A stretch of 64,000 bases of DNA from Methylohalobius sp. (GCA_026415315.1 JAOAHI010000002.1:45324-109323); one strand, 5' to 3'; shown: positions 51,152-61,242, counted from the stretch's first letter. Notes: generated from the sequence alone by a model not told the origin. Program-made: numbers and translations.

Positions 51152-52218
51152 ATCTCTAGTCCCAATGGATTGTCCGGGTCTATGCCGGGCATGAACGGCA
51201 CCCGTCGATCTTGATCCGTGACCTGATAGACCAGTCCCAGCCAGTTGTTGAATACCGCTTTGGCGGTATCGCGCCAGGTGTTGTCAAGCAGCGGCAGCAA
51301 TGCTGCCTCTGGGAACGGCGGCGGCTCCCAACCGCGTCGCTTGGCGCTTTCTAGCGCCGCTCGATAATCGCGCAAGATTGCCTGGGCCTTAGGACTGAAA
51401 TAATTATCCACCAGTGGCGGGTAGTCCTCGCGTTCGCCGCTTAAGTACCGGCCCACTTCGCGTTTGTACTCTTTCAGCAGGCTGACGGTGTCGTATTCGG
51501 GGTGGCCTTGAAAATACACCACCCGCAGAAGGTCTGAGCTGACTGCCAAGTGTACTCCGGCCACCTCGCTCTCGACTAAGATTTTTAACCCCACTTGCTC
51601 GAGATCCTCGCGAAACAGCTCGTTGAAACGCGAGTGGGGCACGTCAAAACGGGTATTGATGTCGGCCACTAGGGGATGACGCAGGTTCACGACCCGGTGG
51701 GAATAAACCCCCCATCGTTTGGCCGGCAGACGGGTACGGCGCAGGCCGTAACAATACTGGACCAAAGCATGGGTAGCCAAACACGAACACAAAATAGAGG
51801 TCACGTGGTGCTTGGCCCAGTCGAACACCTCTGTCAGCGGCCTCCAAAACGGCTCCTCCGAGATATCGGCATGGGTCACGTTGGCGCCGCTGATGATCAG
51901 TGCGTCTAAGCCTTCCTCACGAATCTTCGCAAATGGCTCATAATACTTCTCAATATGAGCGCGAGCTTCCTCGCCCCGCTCCAACCCATCGACAGTGAAC
52001 GGATGAACATAAAATTGGACGATCTGGTTGCATCCTCCGAGGAGACGAAAAAACTGCCGTTCGGTAGCCTCCAGAGCTTTGTCTGGCATCAGGTTGAGCA
52101 GGCCGATGTGGAGCTCACGAATATCCTGATGACGTGCAGCGTCTAGCGACAGGACTTTTTGGCCCTCGGCTTTAAGGCGCGCAAAAGTCGGCAGTTCAGT
52201 GTGGGCAACCAAAGGCAT
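51148..52218 (-). CDS. metA: Homoserine O-acyltransferase (MetA family)
   Basis: LHIGLLNLMP, catalytic Cys in CSCLATHA, PHSR, GHPEY. Confidence 0.93.
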   Translation of the reverse strand: MPLVAHTELPTFARLKAEGQKVLSLDAARHQDIRELHIGLLNLMPDKALEATERQFFRLLGGCNQIVQFYVHPFTVDGLERGEEARAHIEKYYEPFAKIREEGLDALIISGANVTHADISEEPFWRPLTEVFDWAKHHVTSILCSCLATHALVQYCYGLRRTRLPAKRWGVYSHRVVNLRHPLVADINTRFDVPHSRFNELFREDLEQVGLKILVESEVAGVHLAVSSDLLRVVYFQGHPEYDTVSLLKEYKREVGRYLSGEREDYPPLVDNYFSPKAQAILRDYRAALESAKRRGWEPPPFPEAALLPLLDNTWRDTAKAVFNNWLGLVYQVTDQDRRVPFMPGIDPDNPLGLEI

Positions 52219-52238
52219 GGCTCTCCTCCTCTCACTAG

Positions 52239-53096
52239 TTATGAGCTTAAATCCTCTTTGGCCGCAATGGCGTCGGCCACCAACTCAAGAAAATCGCGTT
52301 CGTCACGCACTGTAGCCGCCTTGTTGGCATCAACTACATACCCATAGCGGTCAGCGATTGCCTGGTAGCGGGGCAGGCGAGATAAAAAAAGGCGCGGAAA
52401 TACCCAAGCAACAAATTCATCGGGAGGAATCTCTTCGGTTCTGGTATACCCATGCTCGGCCATGAATTCGGCCAACTGCCGATCCAGAAACTCCTCTCGA
52501 TAATACAGAGGCTTAGGATGGCGGCGGGCGCGCTCGATCAGTATCTGCTCCAATTCTGGAGTAGTTTGGATATATAAGATCAGCGTGTGCTCAGCCAGTG
52601 AGTCCAGTACCTCGGGGGCATCCAGCTCACAGACGCTGCCGCCGGCGTCGTTGATAAAGTGGCGATAACCGTAGATCTCGCGTGCCTTTTCAATGAACAC
52701 CGGTACATCCAACATAGCAGCGATCTCCGCTTGACGGTGGAGCGCCTGACGGCGCTTGAACTCTTCCAAAGGAAGGCCTCCTTTGCTTGGGTCGCCAACT
52801 TTGCCTAAAAAGCTGGCGATAGGGGCGAGGTTGTCCACCGTGATGTTGCTGCAGATATAGATCGAATCGGAGCGAAGCAAGTCACGCAAAAAAGGCACTT
52901 GCATTGCCTGGCGTTTAATGTTGTCGAGGATCGGCTCCTCGAGATACTTAGTGCCGATCCGGTAATCGCCCGAATAATGAAACCACTCCTCCTTAGGCAG
53001 CTTGTTGGCCAGAGTGGTCTTTCCTACTCCAGACATTCCGAGTAAGGTGATGCGTTTGGCGTTCCAATCCAGAAATTCCTGCGGCGTCATTCTCAT
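52239..53096 (-). CDS. Uncharacterised P-loop NTPase/kinase-like protein (start approximate)
   Basis: Walker A GMSGVGKTT, HYSGDYRIGT, INDAGGS; 20 bp upstream of metA. Confidence 0.8.
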   Translation of the reverse strand: MRMTPQEFLDWNAKRITLLGMSGVGKTTLANKLPKEEWFHYSGDYRIGTKYLEEPILDNIKRQAMQVPFLRDLLRSDSIYICSNITVDNLAPIASFLGKVGDPSKGGLPLEEFKRRQALHRQAEIAAMLDVPVFIEKAREIYGYRHFINDAGGSVCELDAPEVLDSLAEHTLILYIQTTPELEQILIERARRHPKPLYYREEFLDRQLAEFMAEHGYTRTEEIPPDEFVAWVFPRLFLSRLPRYQAIADRYGYVVDANKAATVRDERDFLELVADAIAAKEDLSS

Positions 53097-53258
53097 AAGG
53101 GGCACACCCTCTCTGGTAGCGACGCTGATAATAATAACCTTGACCTAAAGCAAGTTCCCACTTGGATCGAGATTGACGCCTTTTGGTTCCTAGAAAGTCG
53201 TCCGTGTGTCATAATTAGGCTACACAATTTTGCTTTGAAGCTACATAAAGCGCTTGTG

Positions 53259-54125
53259 ATGGCCTCAACCCCCAAACAATCTAAGGCCAATCCTATTGCA
53301 TACGGATTGTTGCTTTATTGGCTGGCGTTCGCTGTCTATGCTCGCCCCATCTTGACCCTGCCCAGCTGGAGTGAGCTGACGCTGGAGCTCTCCCCAGCCT
53401 TAACGGTTACAGCCGACCTGAAAACAACCGTCGCCGAGCGTATTCAACCCAGCCTTATTGAGCGGCCAGGCGCCCTCCAGCCCCAGGAAACGGCTTACCA
53501 TTTAAGAGTGGAAACTCACCTGAAATGGTTTTTATCCAGCAAGACTTGGCAAGGGGAGCTGTGGCTCAAGCCAGATCTTACTGCCTTACAGCGCACGCGC
53601 TTTAAGCGGGGCCCTACCAGCGAATATAAAATTTATCGTTACGCCGCGCGGGGAGTATACCGAATTCGTCACCAGCCGCAGGCACAAGCCGGGCCGCTGC
53701 CGGAGACTGAGCATTTTTACCCTTTTCCGGAAAACTTACCTACTTGCCGAATCGTCTCTGACCCTTACGCAATCTTGCTGTTATTGTCCCAACCCGATTC
53801 TATCCCGGATAAAATCTGCATATTCAACAAACAGGGGTTATATCAGATCAGCTTTCAACTCTCAGGCTTTGAGCCGGTTCAGGTCCACTATCGCCAAAAC
53901 GTCAAACCGCATCGAGTTCAGACCCAAATCCAAGCCCAGCGCGTGGTGATTCGCCCGCTCCCGCTTGAGATCGGCGGCGATCTTGAACCTTTCGAATTCC
54001 TAGGCATGGAGGGCGAAATCGCTTTCTTGCGCGATCCCAAAACCCATCTTCCGCTTCAGATCGAAGGCCAAGTCCCTGGTTTTGGTCGAGCCAAGCTGCA
54101 ATTGACTAAAGTTAAGCTGCGCTGA
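53259..54125 (+). CDS. Exported hypothetical protein (DUF3108-like); start uncertain
   Basis: N-terminal hydrophobic segment; beta-rich C-terminus ending LPLQIEGQVPGFGRAKLQL. Confidence 0.55.
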   Translation: MASTPKQSKANPIAYGLLLYWLAFAVYARPILTLPSWSELTLELSPALTVTADLKTTVAERIQPSLIERPGALQPQETAYHLRVETHLKWFLSSKTWQGELWLKPDLTALQRTRFKRGPTSEYKIYRYAARGVYRIRHQPQAQAGPLPETEHFYPFPENLPTCRIVSDPYAILLLLSQPDSIPDKICIFNKQGLYQISFQLSGFEPVQVHYRQNVKPHRVQTQIQAQRVVIRPLPLEIGGDLEPFEFLGMEGEIAFLRDPKTHLPLQIEGQVPGFGRAKLQLTKVKLR

Positions 54126-55812
54126 CTGCCTGCGCTAAGCGCTCAAGCAGGCCGCCTTTCGCCACGGCGAGCTTGGCAATTTCACGCGCTCGGGCACAGC
54201 TGGCGGCAAAAGCATAAACTCTAAGCTGGGGGGCAGTGCCTGAGGGGCGCACGTGGGCAATTTCGCCACCTTTAAAGCGACAGCGAATGCCATCGAGGAC
54301 GTTGATGGCAACGAGTGGGGCAAAACCCAACTGTGGAGAAAATACTTGTTCTAAAAGGTTTTTCCTAGCCAGCCATGCTTTGGCCTCCGGGTTGGTTGAG
54401 GTCAGTCTGGCCAGTTGGTCTCCGTCTCTATTCAGCAAAACTACCTCGTCGGAGACAAAGCGCACTTCCTCCACCTGTGGGTCCTCTGGAGCAAAATAGG
54501 AGAGGATTTTCTGGCTCAACTCTTGGGGAAAATCGTCCACTAAGCCGGATTGGCCAAAGTGCGGAGGAAATTGCCGCACAAGTTCGGCCAAGCTCACCCT
54601 TTGGCGCTTAGCCTCCGCCAACACGCACAGGATAGGCAGGACGGCGTCGCGGGTAGGAAGCGCCTTCAGCACCCCTCCCCCCAAAGCGAAATCCGATCCG
54701 AGCAAAAACCCGCCATTGGCCTCCCAGGCCACGACTCGCTGTTTTCCGCTTTCCTTTAAGCCCTGCATAGCTTCGATCACATAGGGCGAGCCGATTTTAG
54801 TGCGTTTGAGCGCCACTTTAGGACCTAAAAACTCCTCCAACCCCGGGTTGGCACTGATCGGCACAGCCGCCGCATCGGCGTGAAGAAATTTAGCTACCGT
54901 CGCCCCCAACAGGTCGCCTGGAAAGATCGCAAGCTCCTCTCCTTCCACTCCAAGCACGAGCGGTCGATCACTATCGCCGTCGGTAGCTACTACCGCATCG
55001 ATGGAACGTTGTTGCTGCTTGACTAAATCCCGCAATAGCTGCAGATGCGTATCCGAGATAGCCTCGGTATCGAGGGGAATGAATTCCTCGCAGCGCCCGA
55101 CACAGAATACTTCGCAGCCTGCTGCGGCCAAAATTTCAGGCACCAGTTCCCGACCCACCGCGCTGTATTCGAAAAAGAAGACCTTAAGACCTTGGAACAA
55201 GTCTTGGCTGAATACCGCTCGATAACGAGCGCGGTACAACTCTCCCGGCGCCGGATTGACCGGCGGCATAGCGAGGCGATACCCTGGCTTTAAGCAGCCA
55301 TCTGGGTCAAACATCGAGGTTTGAGTCGACCGCGCGTATTCTTGGGCTCGAAACTCTTCCACCGCAGCCAGGATTCCTGCCTCGTCGCTTTTTTGCACTT
55401 CGCCATCGCAGCGGTTGGCTTTCTGGCCATTGCGGTCAGCCGGAATGTGGCTGCCCGTTACGACAAAGCTAGCTACTCCTTGCTCTAAAGCATAATAGGT
55501 TAAGGCCGGGGTGGGGATGCGACCTGCGTAATCCACCTGATAGCCGGCGTCCACGATCGCCCTGGCGGTAGCCTCGAGCAATCTCTCAGTAGAAGGCCGA
55601 AGATCCCCCGCCAAAGGAATGGCGATGGGCACTTTCGGCTTGGACGCTTGCACCAGCTTTCCAGTCCGCTCAAAATACGCCAAAGTCCCGCGGGTCAAAC
55701 AGTATACCTCTAGGTCGGTCAACTCCTCCACTTTGGCGCGTACGCCGCTGGTCCCAAAGCGCAGCGGCTTAGGTAGGTACGTCAACACCTCGCGCAGACA
55801 CGGTCCGCTCAT
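54112..55812 (-). CDS. Phosphomannomutase/phosphoglucomutase family
   Basis: FGTSGVR, TGSHIP phosphoserine loop, DGDSDR, WEANGG, RPSGTAPQ. Confidence 0.93.
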   Translation of the reverse strand: MSGPCLREVLTYLPKPLRFGTSGVRAKVEELTDLEVYCLTRGTLAYFERTGKLVQASKPKVPIAIPLAGDLRPSTERLLEATARAIVDAGYQVDYAGRIPTPALTYYALEQGVASFVVTGSHIPADRNGQKANRCDGEVQKSDEAGILAAVEEFRAQEYARSTQTSMFDPDGCLKPGYRLAMPPVNPAPGELYRARYRAVFSQDLFQGLKVFFFEYSAVGRELVPEILAAAGCEVFCVGRCEEFIPLDTEAISDTHLQLLRDLVKQQQRSIDAVVATDGDSDRPLVLGVEGEELAIFPGDLLGATVAKFLHADAAAVPISANPGLEEFLGPKVALKRTKIGSPYVIEAMQGLKESGKQRVVAWEANGGFLLGSDFALGGGVLKALPTRDAVLPILCVLAEAKRQRVSLAELVRQFPPHFGQSGLVDDFPQELSQKILSYFAPEDPQVEEVRFVSDEVVLLNRDGDQLARLTSTNPEAKAWLARKNLLEQVFSPQLGFAPLVAINVLDGIRCRFKGGEIAHVRPSGTAPQLRVYAFAASCARAREIAKLAVAKGGLLERLAQAVSAA

Positions 55813-55815
55813 TCC

Positions 55816-57018
55816 TCATCTCCCCACGACTTGAATCTTGGCAAAGCGACGCTTGCCGACTTGAAACACGTGGATCTCCCCAATCGCAATTGTCCGGCCA
55901 GGATCGACAATCCGCTCGCCATCGATCCGCACCGCCCCCTGCCGGATCAGGCGCATCGCCTCGGACGTACTGGCCACCATGCCTGCCTCCTTAAGCAAAT
56001 ATGCCACTCCTAAGCTCGATGGCGCTCTAAGCACAACCGTCTCAAGATCCGTCGGCATCTCTCGGCGCGCAAAACGCGCCTCGAAGTCCTCCTGCGCTTT
56101 GCGGGCTACCTCTTGGCCGTGGAACCTCGTCACGACCTCCAGCGCCAGTTCAATCTTGGCCTCGCGCGGATTTTTGCCCATGGTGCACGCTTGTTTGAGC
56201 GCTTGGATTTCATGCGCCGGGCGCAGGCTCAAGAGCTCAAAATAACGCCACATCAGCTCATCGGAGATCGACATCAGCTTGCCGAACATCTCCTGCGGAG
56301 GCTCATTGAGACCAACGTAATTGCCTAGGGACTTGGACATCTTCTGTACTCCATCCAACCCCTCTAGAATCGGCAGCGTGATCACAACCTGGGGCTTTTG
56401 TCCATAGACCTCTTGTAGATGCCTGCCCACCAAAAGATTGAACTTTTGGTCTGTCCCTCCTAGCTCAACATCGGCCTTAAGCACTACTGAATCGTACCCT
56501 TGGAGCAAAGGATACAAAAATTCGTGAATGGCAATCGGCTGACCGCTTTTGTAACGTTTACTAAAATCGTCGCGCTCCAACATGCGCGCTACGGTGTATT
56601 TGCCCGCCAGCTGGACCAGATCGGCGGCAGAGAGCTCGCCTAGCCAGCTCGAATTGAACATCACTAACGTGCGTTCGGGGTTTAAAATTTTATAAATCTG
56701 TTCTTCATACGTGCGAGCGTTCTCGATTACCTGGTCGCGGCTTAAAGGCGGACGAGTTTGACTTTTGCCAGTGGGATCGCCAATCATGCCCGTGAAGTCG
56801 CCGATCAAAAAGATCGCTTCGTGCCCCAAGTCCTGAAATTGCTTAAGCTTATTGAGCAAAACCGTATGACCCAAATGCAGGTCGGGGGCAGTCGGGTCAA
56901 AACCCGCCTTGATCCGCAGCGGACGCCTCTCCTTAAGGCGCGCTAATAACTCTTGTTCCAAAAGGATCTCTTCTGTACCCCGTTTCAGCTCGGCCAACAC
57001 CGCGGCAAGTTCGCACAT
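55816..57018 (-). CDS. tyrS: Tyrosyl-tRNA synthetase
   Basis: [27 protein letters not shown]-terminal S4 domain. Confidence 0.98.
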   Translation of the reverse strand: MCELAAVLAELKRGTEEILLEQELLARLKERRPLRIKAGFDPTAPDLHLGHTVLLNKLKQFQDLGHEAIFLIGDFTGMIGDPTGKSQTRPPLSRDQVIENARTYEEQIYKILNPERTLVMFNSSWLGELSAADLVQLAGKYTVARMLERDDFSKRYKSGQPIAIHEFLYPLLQGYDSVVLKADVELGGTDQKFNLLVGRHLQEVYGQKPQVVITLPILEGLDGVQKMSKSLGNYVGLNEPPQEMFGKLMSISDELMWRYFELLSLRPAHEIQALKQACTMGKNPREAKIELALEVVTRFHGQEVARKAQEDFEARFARREMPTDLETVVLRAPSSLGVAYLLKEAGMVASTSEAMRLIRQGAVRIDGERIVDPGRTIAIGEIHVFQVGKRRFAKIQVVGR

Positions 57019-57101
57019 ACTGCTCTCTCTTCCAACCCAAACTGGAAAAGCTTACACGCCGTTAGTTACACTTAACAAATTTTAAAATCATTGACCGCCT
57101 G

Positions 57102-58205
57102 ATGGGTGCGTACTTCATCGGTCTAATGGCCGGCACCAGTTTAGACGGAGTAGACGCCGTGCTGGCCGAGATCTCGGCCCAGGCGTTTGCAGTGCGCGCT
57201 CACCGTTACACCCCATTTCCTCCTGAGTTGCGGCAAACTCTTCGCCGCTACTGCTTTGCCGATCAGATTGCGCTGTCGGTACTTGGTCAGCTGGATGCCG
57301 AACTGGGAGAATGGTTCGGCCGCTGCGCCTTAGCTTTACTTGAAAGCGCTGGTGTTCCCCCGCAGCAGGTGCGCGCTATCGGCAGCCACGGCCAAACTCT
57401 CCACCATGCCCCGCATGCCTCGCATCCGTATACCATACAAATCGGCGATCCCAGCCGCATCGCCGAAATGACTGGCATCACCGTCGTGGCCGACTTTCGC
57501 CGCCGCGACGTCGCTGCCGGCGGTCAAGGCGCCCCCCTAGTGCCTGCTTTCCACCGCGCGTTATTCGCCTCGCCCCAAGAAAACCGGGCCGTCTTAAACT
57601 TAGGCGGGATTGCTAACCTTACTTTATTACCTAAAGACCCCACCCAACCTATTATTGGTTTCGACGTAGGACCGGCAAACACGCTGCTCGATTATTGGAT
57701 AGATCGGCACCTAAACCTGCCCTGGGACGGCGAAGGACGATGGGCGAGACAAGGTGAACTGGTGCCAGAACTGCTCAAAGCGCTGCTGGCCGATCCATAC
57801 TTTGCCCGACCTGCGCCTAAGAGCACGGGGCCTGAGTACTTCTCTCCCGCCTGGCTCGATGGATACCTCAAGCGCTTCGACGAGATTAGACCGGAAGACG
57901 TCCAGGCGACTTTAGCCCACTTGACTGCAGCCAGCGTGGCATTGAGCCTGAAACAGGCCAAACCGGATCGGCTTTTGGTCTGCGGCGGCGGCGCGCACAA
58001 TCTTTATCTTTTAGAACTCTTGGCAGAGCACTGCAGTTGCCCAGTGGAAACGAGTGCAGTCTATGGGATAGCCCCCACCCAAGTAGAGGCAGCCGCCTTT
58101 GCCTGGCTCGCTTGGCGGACTCTGGCCGGTCTCTCAGGCAACCTGCCTTCGGTCACTGGCGCTCGCCGCGAAGTGATCCTCGGCGGAATTTACCCGGCCT
58201 GCTAA
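57102..58205 (+). CDS. anmK: Anhydro-N-acetylmuramic acid kinase
   Basis: [41 protein letters not shown]. Confidence 0.97.
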   Translation: MGAYFIGLMAGTSLDGVDAVLAEISAQAFAVRAHRYTPFPPELRQTLRRYCFADQIALSVLGQLDAELGEWFGRCALALLESAGVPPQQVRAIGSHGQTLHHAPHASHPYTIQIGDPSRIAEMTGITVVADFRRRDVAAGGQGAPLVPAFHRALFASPQENRAVLNLGGIANLTLLPKDPTQPIIGFDVGPANTLLDYWIDRHLNLPWDGEGRWARQGELVPELLKALLADPYFARPAPKSTGPEYFSPAWLDGYLKRFDEIRPEDVQATLAHLTAASVALSLKQAKPDRLLVCGGGAHNLYLLELLAEHCSCPVETSAVYGIAPTQVEAAAFAWLAWRTLAGLSGNLPSVTGARREVILGGIYPAC

Positions 58206-58555
58206 ACGGAAAACGAAGAACCGCAACCGCAAGTAGTCTGGGCATTGGGGTTGCGGATCACGAAGCGGGCGCCGGCAAGGTCCTCCTTGTAGTCGATCTC
58301 TGCCCCCTGTAAATAGGGCAGGCTCATGGAATCGATCAGAACCGTCACTCCCTGCTTCTCGATCACCGTGTCGTCTTCCGCCACCTGTTCTTCAAAGGTG
58401 AAGCCGTACTGGAATCCGCTGCATCCGCCGCCAGTGATATACACCCTGAGCTTGAGCTGAGGATTGTTTTCCTTTGCGATCAATTCAGCCACTTTAGTAG
58501 CTGCACTCTCTGAGAAGACAATGGGAGCTTCTTCTGCTGCCATAGCATCATTCAT
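58202..58555 (-). CDS. erpA: Fe-S cluster insertion protein ErpA
   Basis: [12 protein letters not shown]-terminal TCGCGSSF. Confidence 0.95.
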   Translation of the reverse strand: MNDAMAAEEAPIVFSESAATKVAELIAKENNPQLKLRVYITGGGCSGFQYGFTFEEQVAEDDTVIEKQGVTVLIDSMSLPYLQGAEIDYKEDLAGARFVIRNPNAQTTCGCGSSFSV

Positions 58556-58586
58556 TAATTTAAGACCTCAACTGAAGATTGTCCTT

Positions 58587-58611
58587 TTATCCGACTATTA
58601 AAGTCAAGAAT
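58587..58611. promoter_or_regulatory. IscR type-1 operator overlapping the erpA -35
   Basis: TTATCCGACTATTAAAGTCAAGAAT matches ATASYYGACTRwwwYAGTCRRSTAT at 21 of 25 positions; minus-strand TTGACT lies inside it. Confidence 0.75.
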
Positions 58612-58630
58612 AAGGACTAGAACCTGTTTT

Positions 58631-59347
58631 TCAAGGCAGCCGGATACCTACCTGCGTCAATACCTGCTCCAAGGCCTGTGCCCATCCATGGTTGGCCGCA
58701 GGGTTCAGCGGGCTGGGATGCGGAATGGTGCCAGTGCCGATCGCCGCTCCTGCGAGAATCACTTTTATCCGACGCGCGGCAAATCCTCCCACACCGAGGA
58801 CATATTTAGGACTTAAGATTTCTACCGCTTGCCTGAGCGCCGCATCACAGGCAGCAAACAGCGGCTGCCTGTCGCTGGCAGGCAGGCGGTCCGGCGTTAA
58901 GTTCTCGCCAGACTCGGTAAAAAAAGCCAAGGGGCAGTAATTGAGCACAAAAAAACGGGCAAAGAACCGTTCCGGTGATCCATAAGTCTTCTTTGCCCAA
59001 CCCCACAACCGCATGCCGCTTACCTCTCGCCGGCGGCAGGCAAATCCCAACACCGGCCTTTTGGGGTGCTCTCTTTCTGGCCGCCCCACTGGAGCTGAAA
59101 TGCCTAGCCAGTCGCGTACCAACACCACATCGCCAAACGGCACCCCAGTCTGAACCATGCCCCAAGGACCTGGGTTCATCCCTACGAGCAAGATCTCCTT
59201 GGGTGCCTGGCCATAACGTTCCAAGTACATGCGGTGCGGTTGCCAAGCGTATGCCAAAGGATTATAGACCCAAGCCGCTGGCGGCCTGAAACCCAGCTTG
59301 CCCACCGCCGCTCCCAGCTCATTGGCAATCGCAATCAAATCCATCAA
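58631..59347 (-). CDS. SMUG1-type (family 3) uracil-DNA glycosylase
   Basis: GMNPGPWGM.QTGVPFG, EVSG.RLW, NYCPL, HPSPLNP. Confidence 0.9.
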   Translation of the reverse strand: MMDLIAIANELGAAVGKLGFRPPAAWVYNPLAYAWQPHRMYLERYGQAPKEILLVGMNPGPWGMVQTGVPFGDVVLVRDWLGISAPVGRPEREHPKRPVLGFACRRREVSGMRLWGWAKKTYGSPERFFARFFVLNYCPLAFFTESGENLTPDRLPASDRQPLFAACDAALRQAVEILSPKYVLGVGGFAARRIKVILAGAAIGTGTIPHPSPLNPAANHGWAQALEQVLTQVGIRLP

Positions 59348-59359
59348 TAAGCCCTATTT

Positions 59360-60310
59360 TTAGAGCAGGACGCCGGCCACCGCGGACAGCGGCTCAGGCA
59401 GAGCGTCCCGCTCCTCAAGTTGCTGCCTAAGATCGATCTCGATGATTCGACATAAAGCTGTCATGGGCACGTCGTTGACTTTGTTTTCAAAAGGATCGCG
59501 TAGCTCTGAACCTAAGCGCTCGATGGTGACCAAAATAAAAGCCAACAGCGCCTCAGCTAGAATGGCGGCAACGTCAAAGCGCTGATCGGTCTGAATCAGA
59601 CTAAACGGAATCAAAGTGGCCACCAGCCAGACGAACAGATGGGTATGAAACCGAAAACGATCGGGAAAGGCAGTGCGTTTAATCCGCTCGCAGCCCCCCT
59701 GAACCTCATAGATTTGGTTTAGAGTCATATCGATCTGGAGCAAAATCTGTTGCTCGGCAATATCTTTTCCGATCACGCTGGCCAATCTTCTACCCTGATG
59801 TTGGAGGATTTGGGTAGGAACGTTGCGGGCCTGATGGAGGCGTTGGATCTCGTCCGGCGGCAACCAGCTAGAAAGCAGCTGCCAATCTTCCTCCGCAGGC
59901 TGGCCATGGCGCAAGCTGATGCGTAGGGCGTGAACGTATGCGATCAGGCGATAGACCAACTCCTTTTGCAACCGCCAAGCCGCCTGTTCATCGCCTAAAG
60001 AGGCGATTCTGCCAGCGGTCAGCAAGGTCGTGACCTGTCGCCCGAAAGAACGGCTTGCATTCACTAGTTGTCCCCAAAGCTGCCGCGCCTCCCACCATCT
60101 CTCGTAACATTGGTTGATCTGGAAGGCCAAAAAGATGGACAACGCCGTGATCAACACCCCCATCGGCAGAGTGGGCAAGGTGGTGGTGTGGGCCAGCGGG
60201 GTGTATTCGTATACGAACTCGACTGCAAGCGACAAAGCCAGAAAATAGACTAAAGCCGGCCAATCGCTTTTTAGGGCGCGCCAAAGGGTGGTTCCGTGAT
60301 GAACGATCAT
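59360..60310 (-). CDS. Bestrophin-family anion channel
   Basis: FLAFQINQCYERWWEARQLWG, GGCERIKRT, DPFEN..NDVP. Confidence 0.9.
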   Translation of the reverse strand: MIVHHGTTLWRALKSDWPALVYFLALSLAVEFVYEYTPLAHTTTLPTLPMGVLITALSIFLAFQINQCYERWWEARQLWGQLVNASRSFGRQVTTLLTAGRIASLGDEQAAWRLQKELVYRLIAYVHALRISLRHGQPAEEDWQLLSSWLPPDEIQRLHQARNVPTQILQHQGRRLASVIGKDIAEQQILLQIDMTLNQIYEVQGGCERIKRTAFPDRFRFHTHLFVWLVATLIPFSLIQTDQRFDVAAILAEALLAFILVTIERLGSELRDPFENKVNDVPMTALCRIIEIDLRQQLEERDALPEPLSAVAGVLL

Positions 60311-60315
60311 AGGCG

Positions 60316-61242
60316 TTATATACTGCCAGATTCGGTCGGAGAGTACAGCCTGTCTTGGGCGCGATCGAGAATGGCGTTGACCACCAGGTGAGCCTGTTTT
60401 CTTTGCTGCGCTATAGCATAAAACTGCTCGCGCACTGCCTCAATTTGACCCACTATCGACACGCCGTACTGAGCCATGATCTCCTCAGCCACGAGCGCCG
60501 GAGCGATAAATAAACCTATGCCGCTGCTACCAAAGGTTTTGAGCAAAGCGCTGTCCTCGATCTCCGCCTGTACGCGAGGCAAGATGCCTTGGGCATGAAA
60601 CCACTGTTCTAACGATCGCCTAAGCGCGGTATTGCTGGTCGGCAGCAAAAACGGCGCCCCGTTCAGGGAGGCGGGAAAGCCAGCGCGATAGCGATCGACT
60701 AAAGCTGGGGCAGCAAACACGCAAACTGCGCTTTCCCCCAAAAAATAGCTGAACGCTTTGCTTGAACTCGCCGGAGTCAGCGGGGCATCGGTTAGAATCA
60801 AATCGATCTCCCGCCATACCATCTCAGCCATTAGGCGTTCAATTGGCCCCTCGTAGCAAATGATCTGCACCGGCTCGTCTAGATGAAAAGCTGGCTCAAG
60901 AAGGCGGTAGGCTACCAGTTTAGGCAAGGCATCGGACACGCCAACTGTCAGACGCATAGCCCGTCCACTCGGACGGCCTTTTAAGGTATTGATCAACTCC
61001 TGCCCGAGCGAGAAGATCTCCTCTGCATATTGGAATACCAAACGGCCTGTCTCGGTAGGTACTAAGCGCCGCCCCTCTTTATGCAGGAGCCTTTCGCCAA
61101 GCGCCTCCTCCAGCATTGCCAATTGACTGCTGATGGTGGGCTGTGCCAAGTGGAGTTTGGAGGCGGCTGCGCTGACGCTCTGCTCACGCACTACCTGCCA
61201 AAAGTAAAAAAGGTGCTGATAATTTAAGCGTCTCTTGCTCAT
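60316..61242 (-). CDS. nhaR: NhaR-like LysR regulator
   Basis: LNYQHLFYFW, QPTISSQL, VGVSDALPK..AYRLL, EDSALLKTFG; start moved to ATG 61242. Confidence 0.85.
   Translation of the reverse strand: MSKRRLNYQHLFYFWQVVREQSVSAAASKLHLAQPTISSQLAMLEEALGERLLHKEGRRLVPTETGRLVFQYAEEIFSLGQELINTLKGRPSGRAMRLTVGVSDALPKLVAYRLLEPAFHLDEPVQIICYEGPIERLMAEMVWREIDLILTDAPLTPASSSKAFSYFLGESAVCVFAAPALVDRYRAGFPASLNGAPFLLPTSNTALRRSLEQWFHAQGILPRVQAEIEDSALLKTFGSSGIGLFIAPALVAEEIMAQYGVSIVGQIEAVREQFYAIAQQRKQAHLVVNAILDRAQDRLYSPTESGSI

Noticed and set aside
49830-51412. Isolated TTATCCACC near-DnaA boxes (about 49833 and 51404)
   Set aside because: Single mismatched copies inside coding regions, not clustered
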